This document shows positions 26,221 through 34,256 of a stretch of DNA of 34,636 nucleotides, piece by piece. The DNA comes from Candidatus Nealsonbacteria bacterium. GTDB lineage: Bacteria > Patescibacteriota > Minisyncoccia > Minisyncoccales > PWPS01. Position 1 is the first letter of the stretch, and each line of letters begins with the position of its first letter. The position numbers and the translations under genes were made by a program. Under the pieces are notes generated by a model. That model saw only the letters and a program-made list of their open reading frames with translations, made no database searches and was not told the origin of the DNA. The stretch lies in assembly GCA_003557645.1 (NCBI GenBank), contig PWNV01000015.1, forward strand, positions 1 to 34,636, in the 5' to 3' direction.

Positions 26221-26910
26221 ATGACAATTGGAGGATTGCAGAAGTTTACTCTTATCGATTACCCGGAAAAGACGGCTTGTATTGTTTTTCTTTCCGGGTG
26301 TAACTTTCGTTGTCCTTGGTGCTACTCTCCCGAACTTGTTCTTCCCGAAAGAATAGAAAATCATCCCAAAATCAGAGAAGAGGAGTTTTTTGATTTTCTC
26401 GGTAAAAGAAAAGACAAGCTTGACGGGGTAGTGATTTGTGGAGGAGAGCCTACTTTACATCAGGAAGTGACCCCTTTTTCTCGGAAAATAAAGAAGATGG
26501 GGTTTTTAGTTAAGCTTGACACTAACGGATCTAACCCTGAAAGAATAAGGGAGCTAATGAAGGAAAAATTAATCGATTATGTTGCTATGGATGTGAAGCT
26601 TCCTCTCTCTCGTTATTCTGAAATTAGCAATATAAATTCGAAAAAAATTAAAGAAAGTATAGATCTTCTCAAAAGATCCTCTTTAGATTATGAGTTTCGT
26701 ACTACGGTGGTTCCGGGAGTTCATACAGGGAAAGACATAGAGCAGATTGCTGCCGAGATCAAAGGGGCAAAAAGGTATTTTTTGCAGAATTTTTTTCCTG
26801 ACAAAACACTCGATGAGAGTTTTTTAAAGAAAGAGCCTTTCTCTAAGGAAGACCTTCATAAATTAAAAGAAAAAGCAACTACTCTTGTAGAGATGTGTCA
26901 AATAAGATAA
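26221..26910 (+). CDS. nrdG: anaerobic ribonucleotide reductase activating protein (radical SAM, NrdG2-type)
   Basis: 229 aa. CNFRCPWC radical-SAM cluster motif and a GGEPTL SAM-binding motif. The ATG directly abuts the preceding TAA. Confidence 0.9.
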   Translation: MTIGGLQKFTLIDYPEKTACIVFLSGCNFRCPWCYSPELVLPERIENHPKIREEEFFDFLGKRKDKLDGVVICGGEPTLHQEVTPFSRKIKKMGFLVKLDTNGSNPERIRELMKEKLIDYVAMDVKLPLSRYSEISNINSKKIKESIDLLKRSSLDYEFRTTVVPGVHTGKDIEQIAAEIKGAKRYFLQNFFPDKTLDESFLKKEPFSKEDLHKLKEKATTLVEMCQIR

Positions 26911-28253
26911 CTCTTTCCAAAAAGATTTTCTATTTTTGCTTGGCCTTTATCGCCGGCATCTTTTTTGCTCCCATCAGCATTTTACTTGGCCTTTTGATTG
27001 TTGGGAGCTTTTATTTTCTTTTAAGAGACCTTCTTCTTTCTGTTTTTGCTATTCTTTTCTTTTTTGTCGGGGCTTTTTGTTTTCATTTTGCTCTTTACAA
27101 TATTCCAGAAATATTAGAAGTACCTTTTCAGGGAAAAGTAGTGGAAGAGCCTTTAATAACGGGAAACTTGCAAAGAGTTACCGTTGAGCACGAAGAAGGA
27201 AGAGCGTTTTTATATGTGAGTCGTTATGATAATTACAAGTACGGAGATATCTTGGAAGTGAATGGTGAGCTTGAAGCGCCTTCTTCTGATTACGGAAATT
27301 ATCTAAAGAAAGAAGGGGTTTATCACACTTCTTTTTATCCTGAAGTAGAGAAAATAGGGGAAAAGCCTACTTTGTTGCGAGAAATTTCTTTTAGTTTGAG
27401 AGAAAAGATGAAAAATAACCTAAGAAAGAGTGTTCCCGCTCCACAAGTTTATTTTCTGGAAGCTATGATTTTGGGAGATAGAAATTCTTTTACACCGGAG
27501 TTTCGAGAAAAACTTAGTATTTCTGGAACATATCACGTTACCGCCATCTCGGGGATGCACATCGTAATAATATCTTCTATTCTTTTTTATATCTTCACTC
27601 ATTTTAAAATATCAAGAAGATGGTCCGCGTTACTTGCTTTTTTGGGTGTTATCTTTTTTGTTTTCTTTGTAGGGGCTCCTACTTCTGCTCTGCGAGCCGG
27701 AATTATGGCTGGCTTCCTTCTTTTATCTTATGTTTTTTATAGAAAAGCGAGATCGTTTCGGACAATCTGTTTTGCTGCTACGATAATGCTTATTGCAAAC
27801 CCTCTTCTTCTTTCCTTTGATCTGGGGTTTCAGCTTTCTTTTCTTGCTGTGCTTGGTATTATTTATTTTCAACCAAAAATCAAGGAGGTCCTTATAGAGA
27901 AGGGGCTAAGAGGAAAAGCTCTTTGTGATCTTCTTTCAGTTACGCTCGCTGCGCAAATACTGGTCTTTCCACTTATTCTATACAATTTTGGGCATATTCC
28001 TCTTTTCTCTGTTTTTGCCAATCTGCTTATCGTTCCACTACTCCCGTTTATTATGATTTTTGGACTTTTAACCGCTTTTATTGGTGGTTTTGCTTTTCCG
28101 GCCTATCTAATGCTTTCTTTTATTTCTTTTGTAATTAATTTTATTTCTTCATTGCCTTTTGCTGCTCTCGTTTTGCGTGGTTTTCCTTCCTACTTCCCTT
28201 TAATTCTATATCTTCCAATAATATACTGGGGAAGAAAATCCTCGCTTGATTAG
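26895..28253 (+). CDS. comEC: ComEC/Rec2-family DNA-uptake channel protein, short form (OB-fold plus competence domain, no metallo-beta-lactamase domain)
   Basis: 452 aa. N-terminal TM segments plus an OB-like segment (VEEPLITGNLQRVTVE...GDILEV). Competence-domain motif HVTAISGMHIVI. Polytopic C-terminus. Overlaps nrdG by 16 nt. Confidence 0.8.
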   Translation: MSNKITLSKKIFYFCLAFIAGIFFAPISILLGLLIVGSFYFLLRDLLLSVFAILFFFVGAFCFHFALYNIPEILEVPFQGKVVEEPLITGNLQRVTVEHEEGRAFLYVSRYDNYKYGDILEVNGELEAPSSDYGNYLKKEGVYHTSFYPEVEKIGEKPTLLREISFSLREKMKNNLRKSVPAPQVYFLEAMILGDRNSFTPEFREKLSISGTYHVTAISGMHIVIISSILFYIFTHFKISRRWSALLAFLGVIFFVFFVGAPTSALRAGIMAGFLLLSYVFYRKARSFRTICFAATIMLIANPLLLSFDLGFQLSFLAVLGIIYFQPKIKEVLIEKGLRGKALCDLLSVTLAAQILVFPLILYNFGHIPLFSVFANLLIVPLLPFIMIFGLLTAFIGGFAFPAYLMLSFISFVINFISSLPFAALVLRGFPSYFPLILYLPIIYWGRKSSLD

Positions 28254-28273
28254 TGAGTGCTTTATGGTAAAAT
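28246..28273 (+). promoter_or_regulatory. promoter of the exporter operon (TTGATT-16-TGgTAAAAT, extended -10)
   Basis: TTGATT at 28246-28251, TG at 28265-28266, TAAAAT at 28268-28273. Confidence 0.45.
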
Positions 28274-28297
28274 AAAGGGAAAATAAAGTTAAAAAAC

Positions 28298-29893
28298 ATG
28301 AAAAAAATATATATAATTATCGCTCTTGCCGCCTTAATTTTTTTTGGCTTTCTCTTTTTGGGCAATAATCAAAGAGAAGGATCTTTTATTGAGGTAGTAA
28401 GAGGAGATGTAGTAAGAGAGGTTTTTGAATCGGGAACAATTAAGAGAGGAGATGTTTTGAGTGTAGGATTTAAAGAAGCGGGGAGAATTGAGAATATTTT
28501 TAAAGAAGAGGGTGATATTGTGAAGAAAGGAGATATTATTGCTTCCCAGGAAAAGGATGACTTGGAGATATCTTTGAGAGATGCGAAAGCAGGGCTTTCT
28601 TCTGCAGAATCTGCTCTGGAGATGCTTTTTTTTGGTGCATCTGAAGAAGAAAGAGAGATCGCAAGGTCTGCGGTAAGAAGCGCCAAAACAGCTCTTTCTG
28701 CAGCAGAAGATAACCTTGAAAAGCAAAAGAAAGTAACAGAAGAAACAAAGGAGAGTGTATACAAGGAAATTCCCTCCCTGCTTGGAGAGGTTTATCTAGA
28801 CGCAAAAGAGACCAAAGAGCTCGTAGATGATTTGGCAAATGAACACTTTGGAGGATTTGTGGTTTCGGAGACGGTTTCAGGAAGAAGAAGTAGGGATAAA
28901 ATAAGGAGCAGTGCAAGAGAGATTGAAAAATACAGAGAACTGGCAAGGAGTGAAGCAGAATATGAAGAACTGGATATGGCTCTGGAAGAGACGAAAAGGC
29001 ATCTGCGTATAATAGTGGCAGAAATGGACAACATACTTGATGTTGCAGAGTCTGACTTTTACGAAAATAAATTCACGGATAATCAAGTTGAAAGCTTAAG
29101 GACGTATCGTCGTCTAACGAACACCAATTTAAGCAAAACAGATTCTACACAGAAAACAATATCTTCCGTGAAAGCAGAGATTAGTTCTTTGCTTTCTTCT
29201 GCAAGATCACAAGTTGACTCTGCAGAAAGTAGTCTTGATCAAGCGGAAAGAGAGCTTTCTCGTGTAGAGGCTGATCCGAGAGATACGGATATTCGCATTA
29301 AAGAAGCAGCAGTAGAGCAAGCAAAGGCGAGAGTTGAACTGCTGGAAAAGAGAATTGCCGATACAACGCTGCAGAGCCCTGTTTCTGGTAAGATTTCTAC
29401 TATCTCAAGCAGAGCGGGTGAGATTGTTGCCGCTGGAAGTCCGATAATGAACTTGGTACCTGATGAGAAATTTTATATAGAAATAGACATTTATGAAGGA
29501 GATGTGGTGGAGGTAGAAGTAGGAGACTCCGCCTCAGTCTCTTTTCTTGCTTTTGAAGATGAAGAGTTTTCGGGAGAAGTAGTTTTTATTAATCCAACAG
29601 GGAAGGTGGTAGATGGCATTATTTATTACTCCGCAAGAGTTATGTTGGAAGAGTATCCGGAGGAAGTAAGAACAGAAATGACGGTAGATGTAACTATTAG
29701 AACTGAAGAAAGAAATGATGTTATCTTTCTACCAGAAAGGAATATACAGAGAAGAGAGGGGAGAAACTTTGTAATTGTTTTGGAAAACGGAGAGCAAGTT
29801 GAAAAAGAGGTAGAGTTGGGTATTAGAGGAGAAGGAAGGGTAGTGGAAATTCTTTCTGGACTAGAGGAAGGAGAAAAAGTTCTTACCGAATAG
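28298..29893 (+). CDS. HlyD/MacA-family membrane-fusion (periplasmic adaptor) protein with a very long coiled-coil hairpin
   Basis: 531 aa. N-terminal TM anchor. Lipoyl-like halves (GDIVKKGDIIA ... LQSPVSGKISTI). About 270 aa of heptad-rich sequence between them. C-terminal beta-barrel and membrane-proximal domains. Confidence 0.85.
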   Translation: MKKIYIIIALAALIFFGFLFLGNNQREGSFIEVVRGDVVREVFESGTIKRGDVLSVGFKEAGRIENIFKEEGDIVKKGDIIASQEKDDLEISLRDAKAGLSSAESALEMLFFGASEEEREIARSAVRSAKTALSAAEDNLEKQKKVTEETKESVYKEIPSLLGEVYLDAKETKELVDDLANEHFGGFVVSETVSGRRSRDKIRSSAREIEKYRELARSEAEYEELDMALEETKRHLRIIVAEMDNILDVAESDFYENKFTDNQVESLRTYRRLTNTNLSKTDSTQKTISSVKAEISSLLSSARSQVDSAESSLDQAERELSRVEADPRDTDIRIKEAAVEQAKARVELLEKRIADTTLQSPVSGKISTISSRAGEIVAAGSPIMNLVPDEKFYIEIDIYEGDVVEVEVGDSASVSFLAFEDEEFSGEVVFINPTGKVVDGIIYYSARVMLEEYPEEVRTEMTVDVTIRTEERNDVIFLPERNIQRREGRNFVIVLENGEQVEKEVELGIRGEGRVVEILSGLEEGEKVLTE

Positions 29894-29896
29894 AAA

Positions 29897-30568
29897 ATGG
29901 AAAAAATTATAGAATTAAAAGATGTTTGCAAGACCTATTTTTTAGGAGAGATTAAGTTAGAAGTTTTAAAAGGTATTACTTTAGAGATAAAGAAGCAAGA
30001 TTTTGCCCTTATTCTAGGTCCTAGTGGTTCGGGGAAGTCCACCTTGCTTAATATGGTAAGTTGTTTGGATGTTCCCACTACGGGAGAAATCATACTAGAA
30101 GGAAAAGACGTTTCTCGGTTTACGGAGGATGAGCTTGCCTCTGTAAGAGGAAAAAAAATAGGATTTGTTTTTCAGCAGTTTAATCTTTTAACCCATCTTA
30201 CAGCACTAGAAAATGTTATCATTCCTACTATTTTTCAAGAAACCTCAAAAGAGAAGAGGGAAAAAAGAGCAAAACAGCTTTTATCTTCTGTAGGGCTTGA
30301 AAAAAGAATGCATCATCGTCCAGCAGAGCTTTCCGGGGGAGAAAAGCAGAGGGTTGCTATTGCTAGAAGCTTAGTCAATAATCCGGAAATAATTGTAGCT
30401 GATGAGCCGACGGGAAACGTAGATTCGAAAACGGGAGAAATTATTATGAAAATCTTAAAAGATCTTAATAAAGAAGGAAGAACTGTGATTGTGGTAACTC
30501 ATGATATTGACCTTCAAAGGTTTGCCAGTAAAGTTTTAAAAATTAAAGATGGAGAGTTAGATGAGTAG
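29897..30568 (+). CDS. ABC transporter ATP-binding protein (MacB/LolD/YknY type)
   Basis: 223 aa. Walker A GPSGSGKST, signature LSGGEKQR, Walker B IIVADEPT, H-loop VTHD. Confidence 0.95.
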   Translation: MEKIIELKDVCKTYFLGEIKLEVLKGITLEIKKQDFALILGPSGSGKSTLLNMVSCLDVPTTGEIILEGKDVSRFTEDELASVRGKKIGFVFQQFNLLTHLTALENVIIPTIFQETSKEKREKRAKQLLSSVGLEKRMHHRPAELSGGEKQRVAIARSLVNNPEIIVADEPTGNVDSKTGEIIMKILKDLNKEGRTVIVVTHDIDLQRFASKVLKIKDGELDE

Positions 30569-31775
30569 TGAATATTTCAAAATGGCAATCAAAAATCTGA
30601 AAGCTCGTTCTTTGAGGAGTTGGCTTACGATTTTAGGTATTGTTATCGGTATATTTTTAGTAATATCACTTCTTTCTTTGAGTGAAGGGTTAAAAGAATC
30701 CATAATGGGAGAGTTGCAGATGATGGGAGGAGAGTTGATTGTGGTTATGCCAGGGGATATTTCTGACATGATGACAACAATGATGGGAGGAATTGAGTTG
30801 GATAATCGAGACATTGAAGCAATAAGGAGAGCTAGTGGAGTAGAAACGGTGATTGAAATGCCTTTTTCAGCCGCGATTGTAAGGCATTTTCAAGAAACAA
30901 AAACAACCTTTATTTACGGAGTTGATTTTAACGAAGGGCTTCCTGTTTTACGAGATGATATGGGGTGGGACGTTGTTGACGGAGAGTTCCCAATGCCAGG
31001 AAGGAGAGAAGTGATGGTGGGAAATCTGATTCCAGAAGATGTTTTCCCGGATTTACTTCCTGGAGACAGTATTGTTGTAAAAGGGAAAGAGTTTAAAGTT
31101 GCTGGAATTTTGCGATCTCTTGGGAATAGAGAGGATGATTTATCGATTGCACTAGATTTACAAGATTTCAGAGAAGTCACAGGGAAAAGAGAGGGCTCTC
31201 CGGTTGCACTTGCAAGGATCATAGATGGATATGACCCGAATGTTGTTGTAGAAAATATTGAAAGAGAGCTTGAAGATTCAGGGAGAAGAAGAAGGGATGA
31301 GGATAGGCCCTCCTTTACAGTGATGACCAGCGAAACGGTGACAGACATGGTAGAAAGCATTATGGGGGTGTTACAAGCGGCCGTTATCGCTTTTGCCAGC
31401 ATTGCTATTATTGTCGGTGGAATAGGGATAATGAATACAATGTATACTTCCGTGAAAGAAAGAACAAAAGAAATAGGAATACTCAAGGCAGTGGGAGCAA
31501 GGAGAAAAAATATAATTTCTATTTTTCTTTTCGAAGCGGGGATAATCGGTCTTATCGGAGGGGTGGGAGGTGTTATCTTGGGAGTTCTTTTAGCGATTTT
31601 AGCGGAAACAGTTCTTAGTGGTTCGGGGGCAATGTTTTACCTGGAAGCACATATCTCGGTTTGGCTTATTCTTTTTGGTCTGACGTTTTCTTTTGTTGTT
31701 GGTTGTCTTTCTGGGTTTTTCCCTGCAAGGCAAGCCGCAAGAATGGAGCCGGTTGATGCTTTAAGGTATGAATAA
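30561..31775 (+). CDS. ABC transporter permease, FtsX/MacB type with a large extracytoplasmic domain
   Basis: 404 aa. TM1, then an external domain of about 220 aa, then three TM segments with an FtsX-domain pattern (KEIGILKAVGA). 8-nt overlap with the ATPase gene. Confidence 0.9.
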   Translation: MSSEYFKMAIKNLKARSLRSWLTILGIVIGIFLVISLLSLSEGLKESIMGELQMMGGELIVVMPGDISDMMTTMMGGIELDNRDIEAIRRASGVETVIEMPFSAAIVRHFQETKTTFIYGVDFNEGLPVLRDDMGWDVVDGEFPMPGRREVMVGNLIPEDVFPDLLPGDSIVVKGKEFKVAGILRSLGNREDDLSIALDLQDFREVTGKREGSPVALARIIDGYDPNVVVENIERELEDSGRRRRDEDRPSFTVMTSETVTDMVESIMGVLQAAVIAFASIAIIVGGIGIMNTMYTSVKERTKEIGILKAVGARRKNIISIFLFEAGIIGLIGGVGGVILGVLLAILAETVLSGSGAMFYLEAHISVWLILFGLTFSFVVGCLSGFFPARQAARMEPVDALRYE

Positions 31776-32141
31776 ATGATTAGTATCAATAAATTAATAA
31801 GAAGTTTTTCCAACGCTTTTTCCGGTATCGGGGTTGCTTTTACGGAAAACACTTTCCGCGTTCTCTTTATTATTGCTATTGTAGTTTCTTTTTGCATTGG
31901 CTACTTCCCCTTTGAGCCGACGGAGAGAGCAGTTCTTATCTTGGTAGTAGCAGTAGTATTGTCTTTGGAGCTTATTAATTCTCAGATTGAACGTCTTTTA
32001 GATATTTTAAAACCCGACTACAGTACAGAAGTTCGCAAAATAAAAGATATTTCTGCTGGAGCGGTTCTTGTTGCAAGTATTGGCGCAATCGTTGTTGGCG
32101 CTTTACTTACTCTTCCCTATATAATTGAGCGATTCTTATGA
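31776..32141 (+). CDS. dgkA: diacylglycerol/undecaprenol kinase (DgkA family)
   Basis: 121 aa, three TM segments. E.INS.IE and KD..AGAVL motifs. Confidence 0.85.
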   Translation: MISINKLIRSFSNAFSGIGVAFTENTFRVLFIIAIVVSFCIGYFPFEPTERAVLILVVAVVLSLELINSQIERLLDILKPDYSTEVRKIKDISAGAVLVASIGAIVVGALLTLPYIIERFL

Positions 32142-33253
32142 AAAAAAAGAACACAATTGTCAACTTATTTCTCTTCCTCCTTGGCGTTATCTTGGGAATT
32201 TTCTTTTTTAGTCTCGTTTCCCTTGAGATGGAAGAAAGCAAAGAAAATGAAGCTTCTTTGATCGAGCACGAAGAAGCAGTGATAGGGGCGGTAGAAAAGG
32301 CTCTTCCTTCGGTGGTCTCTATCGTTTTACAGAAGGAGGTGGGATATGGGATGAGAGACCACTTTGAGTACTTTAGGCATTACGAAGATATTCCTGAAGA
32401 AGAGTTCGGAGTGGGTACGGGATTTTTTGTTTCCACTGACGGGATTATTATAACCAACAAACATGTGGTAATAGAAGAAGATTTTGAGTATATTGTCATT
32501 ACAGGAGAAGGAGAAAGGCTTAAAGCAGAAGTATTAGCCCTTGACCCGATGCAAGATATTGCTTTTTTAAAAGTTGAAGGAGAGGGTTATCCGAAAGCAA
32601 ATTTAGGTGATTCTTCAGAGATAAGAGTTGGGCAAACGGCGATCGCCATAGGATACGCATTAGCGGAACTGCAAAACACGGTTTCTGTGGGGGTTATTTC
32701 AGGGACAGGAAGACGCGTAGAGGCTACGGACGGAAGGATGGTAGAGATTCTTGATGATGTTATTCAGACTGATGCAGGCATTAATAGAGGTAACTCTGGA
32801 GGTCCCCTTTTGAATCTAAATGGAGAAGTTATTGGAATAAACACCGCTAAAGGAGTTCGAGCACAAAATATTGGTTTTGCTATTCCTATTAATAAGGCAG
32901 AAAGGGCAATTAGAGGAGCAATAGAAGAAGGAAGAATAGTCTATCCCTTTTTAGGGGTGCGATATATCCTGGTTGATAGTAATATTAAAGAGGCGAGAGA
33001 TCTTCCCGTTGATTACGGTGCACTTATTGTAGGGGGCGATTATCCTTATTTCGCTATCGAACCTGGGTCGGGAGCAGAAGAAGCTGGTTTACTTGAAGGA
33101 GATATTATTTTAGAGTTTGAGGGAGAGAAAATAACTACAGAAAATTCTTTAGCTAAGATTATTGTGTGCTACGAGCCAGGGGATAAAGTAAATTTAAAGA
33201 TAATGCGAGATGGAGAAAAGGAAGTAATTGAAGCAACGCTAGGGGAAAGATAG
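32138..33253 (+). CDS. htrA: HtrA/DegP-family serine protease with one PDZ domain
   Basis: 371 aa. N-terminal anchor. Triad contexts TNKHVV, DIAFLKV and GNSGGPLLN. C-terminal PDZ (GLLEGDIILEFEG). Confidence 0.9.
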   Translation: MKKKNTIVNLFLFLLGVILGIFFFSLVSLEMEESKENEASLIEHEEAVIGAVEKALPSVVSIVLQKEVGYGMRDHFEYFRHYEDIPEEEFGVGTGFFVSTDGIIITNKHVVIEEDFEYIVITGEGERLKAEVLALDPMQDIAFLKVEGEGYPKANLGDSSEIRVGQTAIAIGYALAELQNTVSVGVISGTGRRVEATDGRMVEILDDVIQTDAGINRGNSGGPLLNLNGEVIGINTAKGVRAQNIGFAIPINKAERAIRGAIEEGRIVYPFLGVRYILVDSNIKEARDLPVDYGALIVGGDYPYFAIEPGSGAEEAGLLEGDIILEFEGEKITTENSLAKIIVCYEPGDKVNLKIMRDGEKEVIEATLGER

Positions 33254-33278
33254 AAAAAAGAGAAGAAATTTAAAGAAG

Positions 33279-33303
33279 ATGGGGGAGTTTCCCCATTTTT
33301 TTG
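33279..33303 (+). terminator. intrinsic terminator after htrA
   Basis: ATGGGG (33279-33284) pairs with CCCCAT (33291-33296), followed by a T run. Confidence 0.8.
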
Positions 33304-33310
33304 ATTAAGA

Positions 33311-33339
33311 TTGACAAAGAAGAAGAAAAAGGGCATAAT
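33311..33339 (+). promoter_or_regulatory. promoter (TTGACA-17-CATAAT)
   Basis: TTGACA at 33311-33316, a 17-nt spacer, CATAAT at 33334-33339, about 20 nt before the ATG at 33360. Confidence 0.55.
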
Positions 33340-33359
33340 GAAGCAATAGAATTTTGAAC

Positions 33360-34178
33360 ATGACTGACGACAGAAGAAAAACAATCACAATAGTTTTGGC
33401 CTTTTTAGGTCTTTTTTCTGTTCTTTTTCATTTTTTAATGGATCGTAGTAGTTATATTGAAGAAAAAGAAGTTTTGCAAAGTGTGGTTGCTAAATACATA
33501 GAAGAAACGGGCTGTTATCCTGCCATGAGAAAGGTTTCTTACGGGAATCCTTCTCCCTTAGAGTTTCAAAATATATATCCTTACTTACCTGATAATTTTA
33601 ACTTTTCTGAAGACTTAAAGTACTGGATAAGTGTGGACGGAAAGGTTTGGATAGCAAGAGAAGAAGCCCCCTCTTTGGATTTAAAGGAAGAACATCTTTT
33701 TTTTGAAAGAGAGATGGGATTTAATTATTATTCTTATTTAAAAGAAGGGAAAAAAGAAAGAATTAGAGTTAATAAAATAAAAGAAGGTGAGCTTCTGGTG
33801 AAAGGAGAGGGAAGAGGCCTTGAAACTGCTCCTGTAGATAATACTTATGAAGGCTATGAGAAACAGGGGCCTGTAGTAGATGTTAAAGACAAGAGTGATG
33901 GTATTCTTATTCTTTCTTCTATAGAAGAAAGAGACTCTCCTTTTTTTCCTTCTCTTATGGCTAGAATAGGAATTGGTTATAAGCCTGAGGAGTGGTATAA
34001 AAGGCACGGATTTGATTTTTATGGAGAAGAAATAATAGGAGGAGAGTATAAAAAGGGAGAAAATTCTTCTGTTTTGGAGAGTGTACGAATTTTATCTTCA
34101 GATAATAGATGGTCAAGATGGGTTAATGTCTATGATCCCTTGAAGCCCGAAACTTGTTATGAGGTAATTGATAAATAA
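33360..34178 (+). CDS. hypothetical membrane-anchored protein
   Basis: About 272 aa from ATG 33360 (the tracked TTG at 33354 is also possible). One N-terminal TM segment (ITIVLAFLGLFSVLFHFL). No family recognised. Confidence 0.5.
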   Translation: MTDDRRKTITIVLAFLGLFSVLFHFLMDRSSYIEEKEVLQSVVAKYIEETGCYPAMRKVSYGNPSPLEFQNIYPYLPDNFNFSEDLKYWISVDGKVWIAREEAPSLDLKEEHLFFEREMGFNYYSYLKEGKKERIRVNKIKEGELLVKGEGRGLETAPVDNTYEGYEKQGPVVDVKDKSDGILILSSIEERDSPFFPSLMARIGIGYKPEEWYKRHGFDFYGEEIIGGEYKKGENSSVLESVRILSSDNRWSRWVNVYDPLKPETCYEVIDK

Positions 34179-34183
34179 TAAAG

Positions 34184-34214
34184 AAAAAAGCCGATCTTAA
34201 TAAGATCGGCCTTT
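34184..34214. terminator. bidirectional intrinsic terminator
   Basis: Perfect palindrome GCCGATCTTA-A-TAAGATCGGC (34190-34210), flanked by an A run upstream and CTTT downstream. It sits between convergent genes. Confidence 0.8.
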
Positions 34215-34256
34215 AATTTACTTAATGTGCAAATGTGCTGTTTTTTTTTATTTATT

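Noticed and set aside
28369-28946. Long antisense and alternate-frame ORFs such as 28369-28764(-), 28536-28946(-), 30914-31486(-), 22493-22909(-), 7286-7666(-) and 26936-27187(+).
   Set aside because: All lie fully inside strongly supported genes. They have low-complexity Ser/Leu/Phe-rich translations, typical of the shadow frames of purine-rich coding sequence, and no independent start or regulatory signals.
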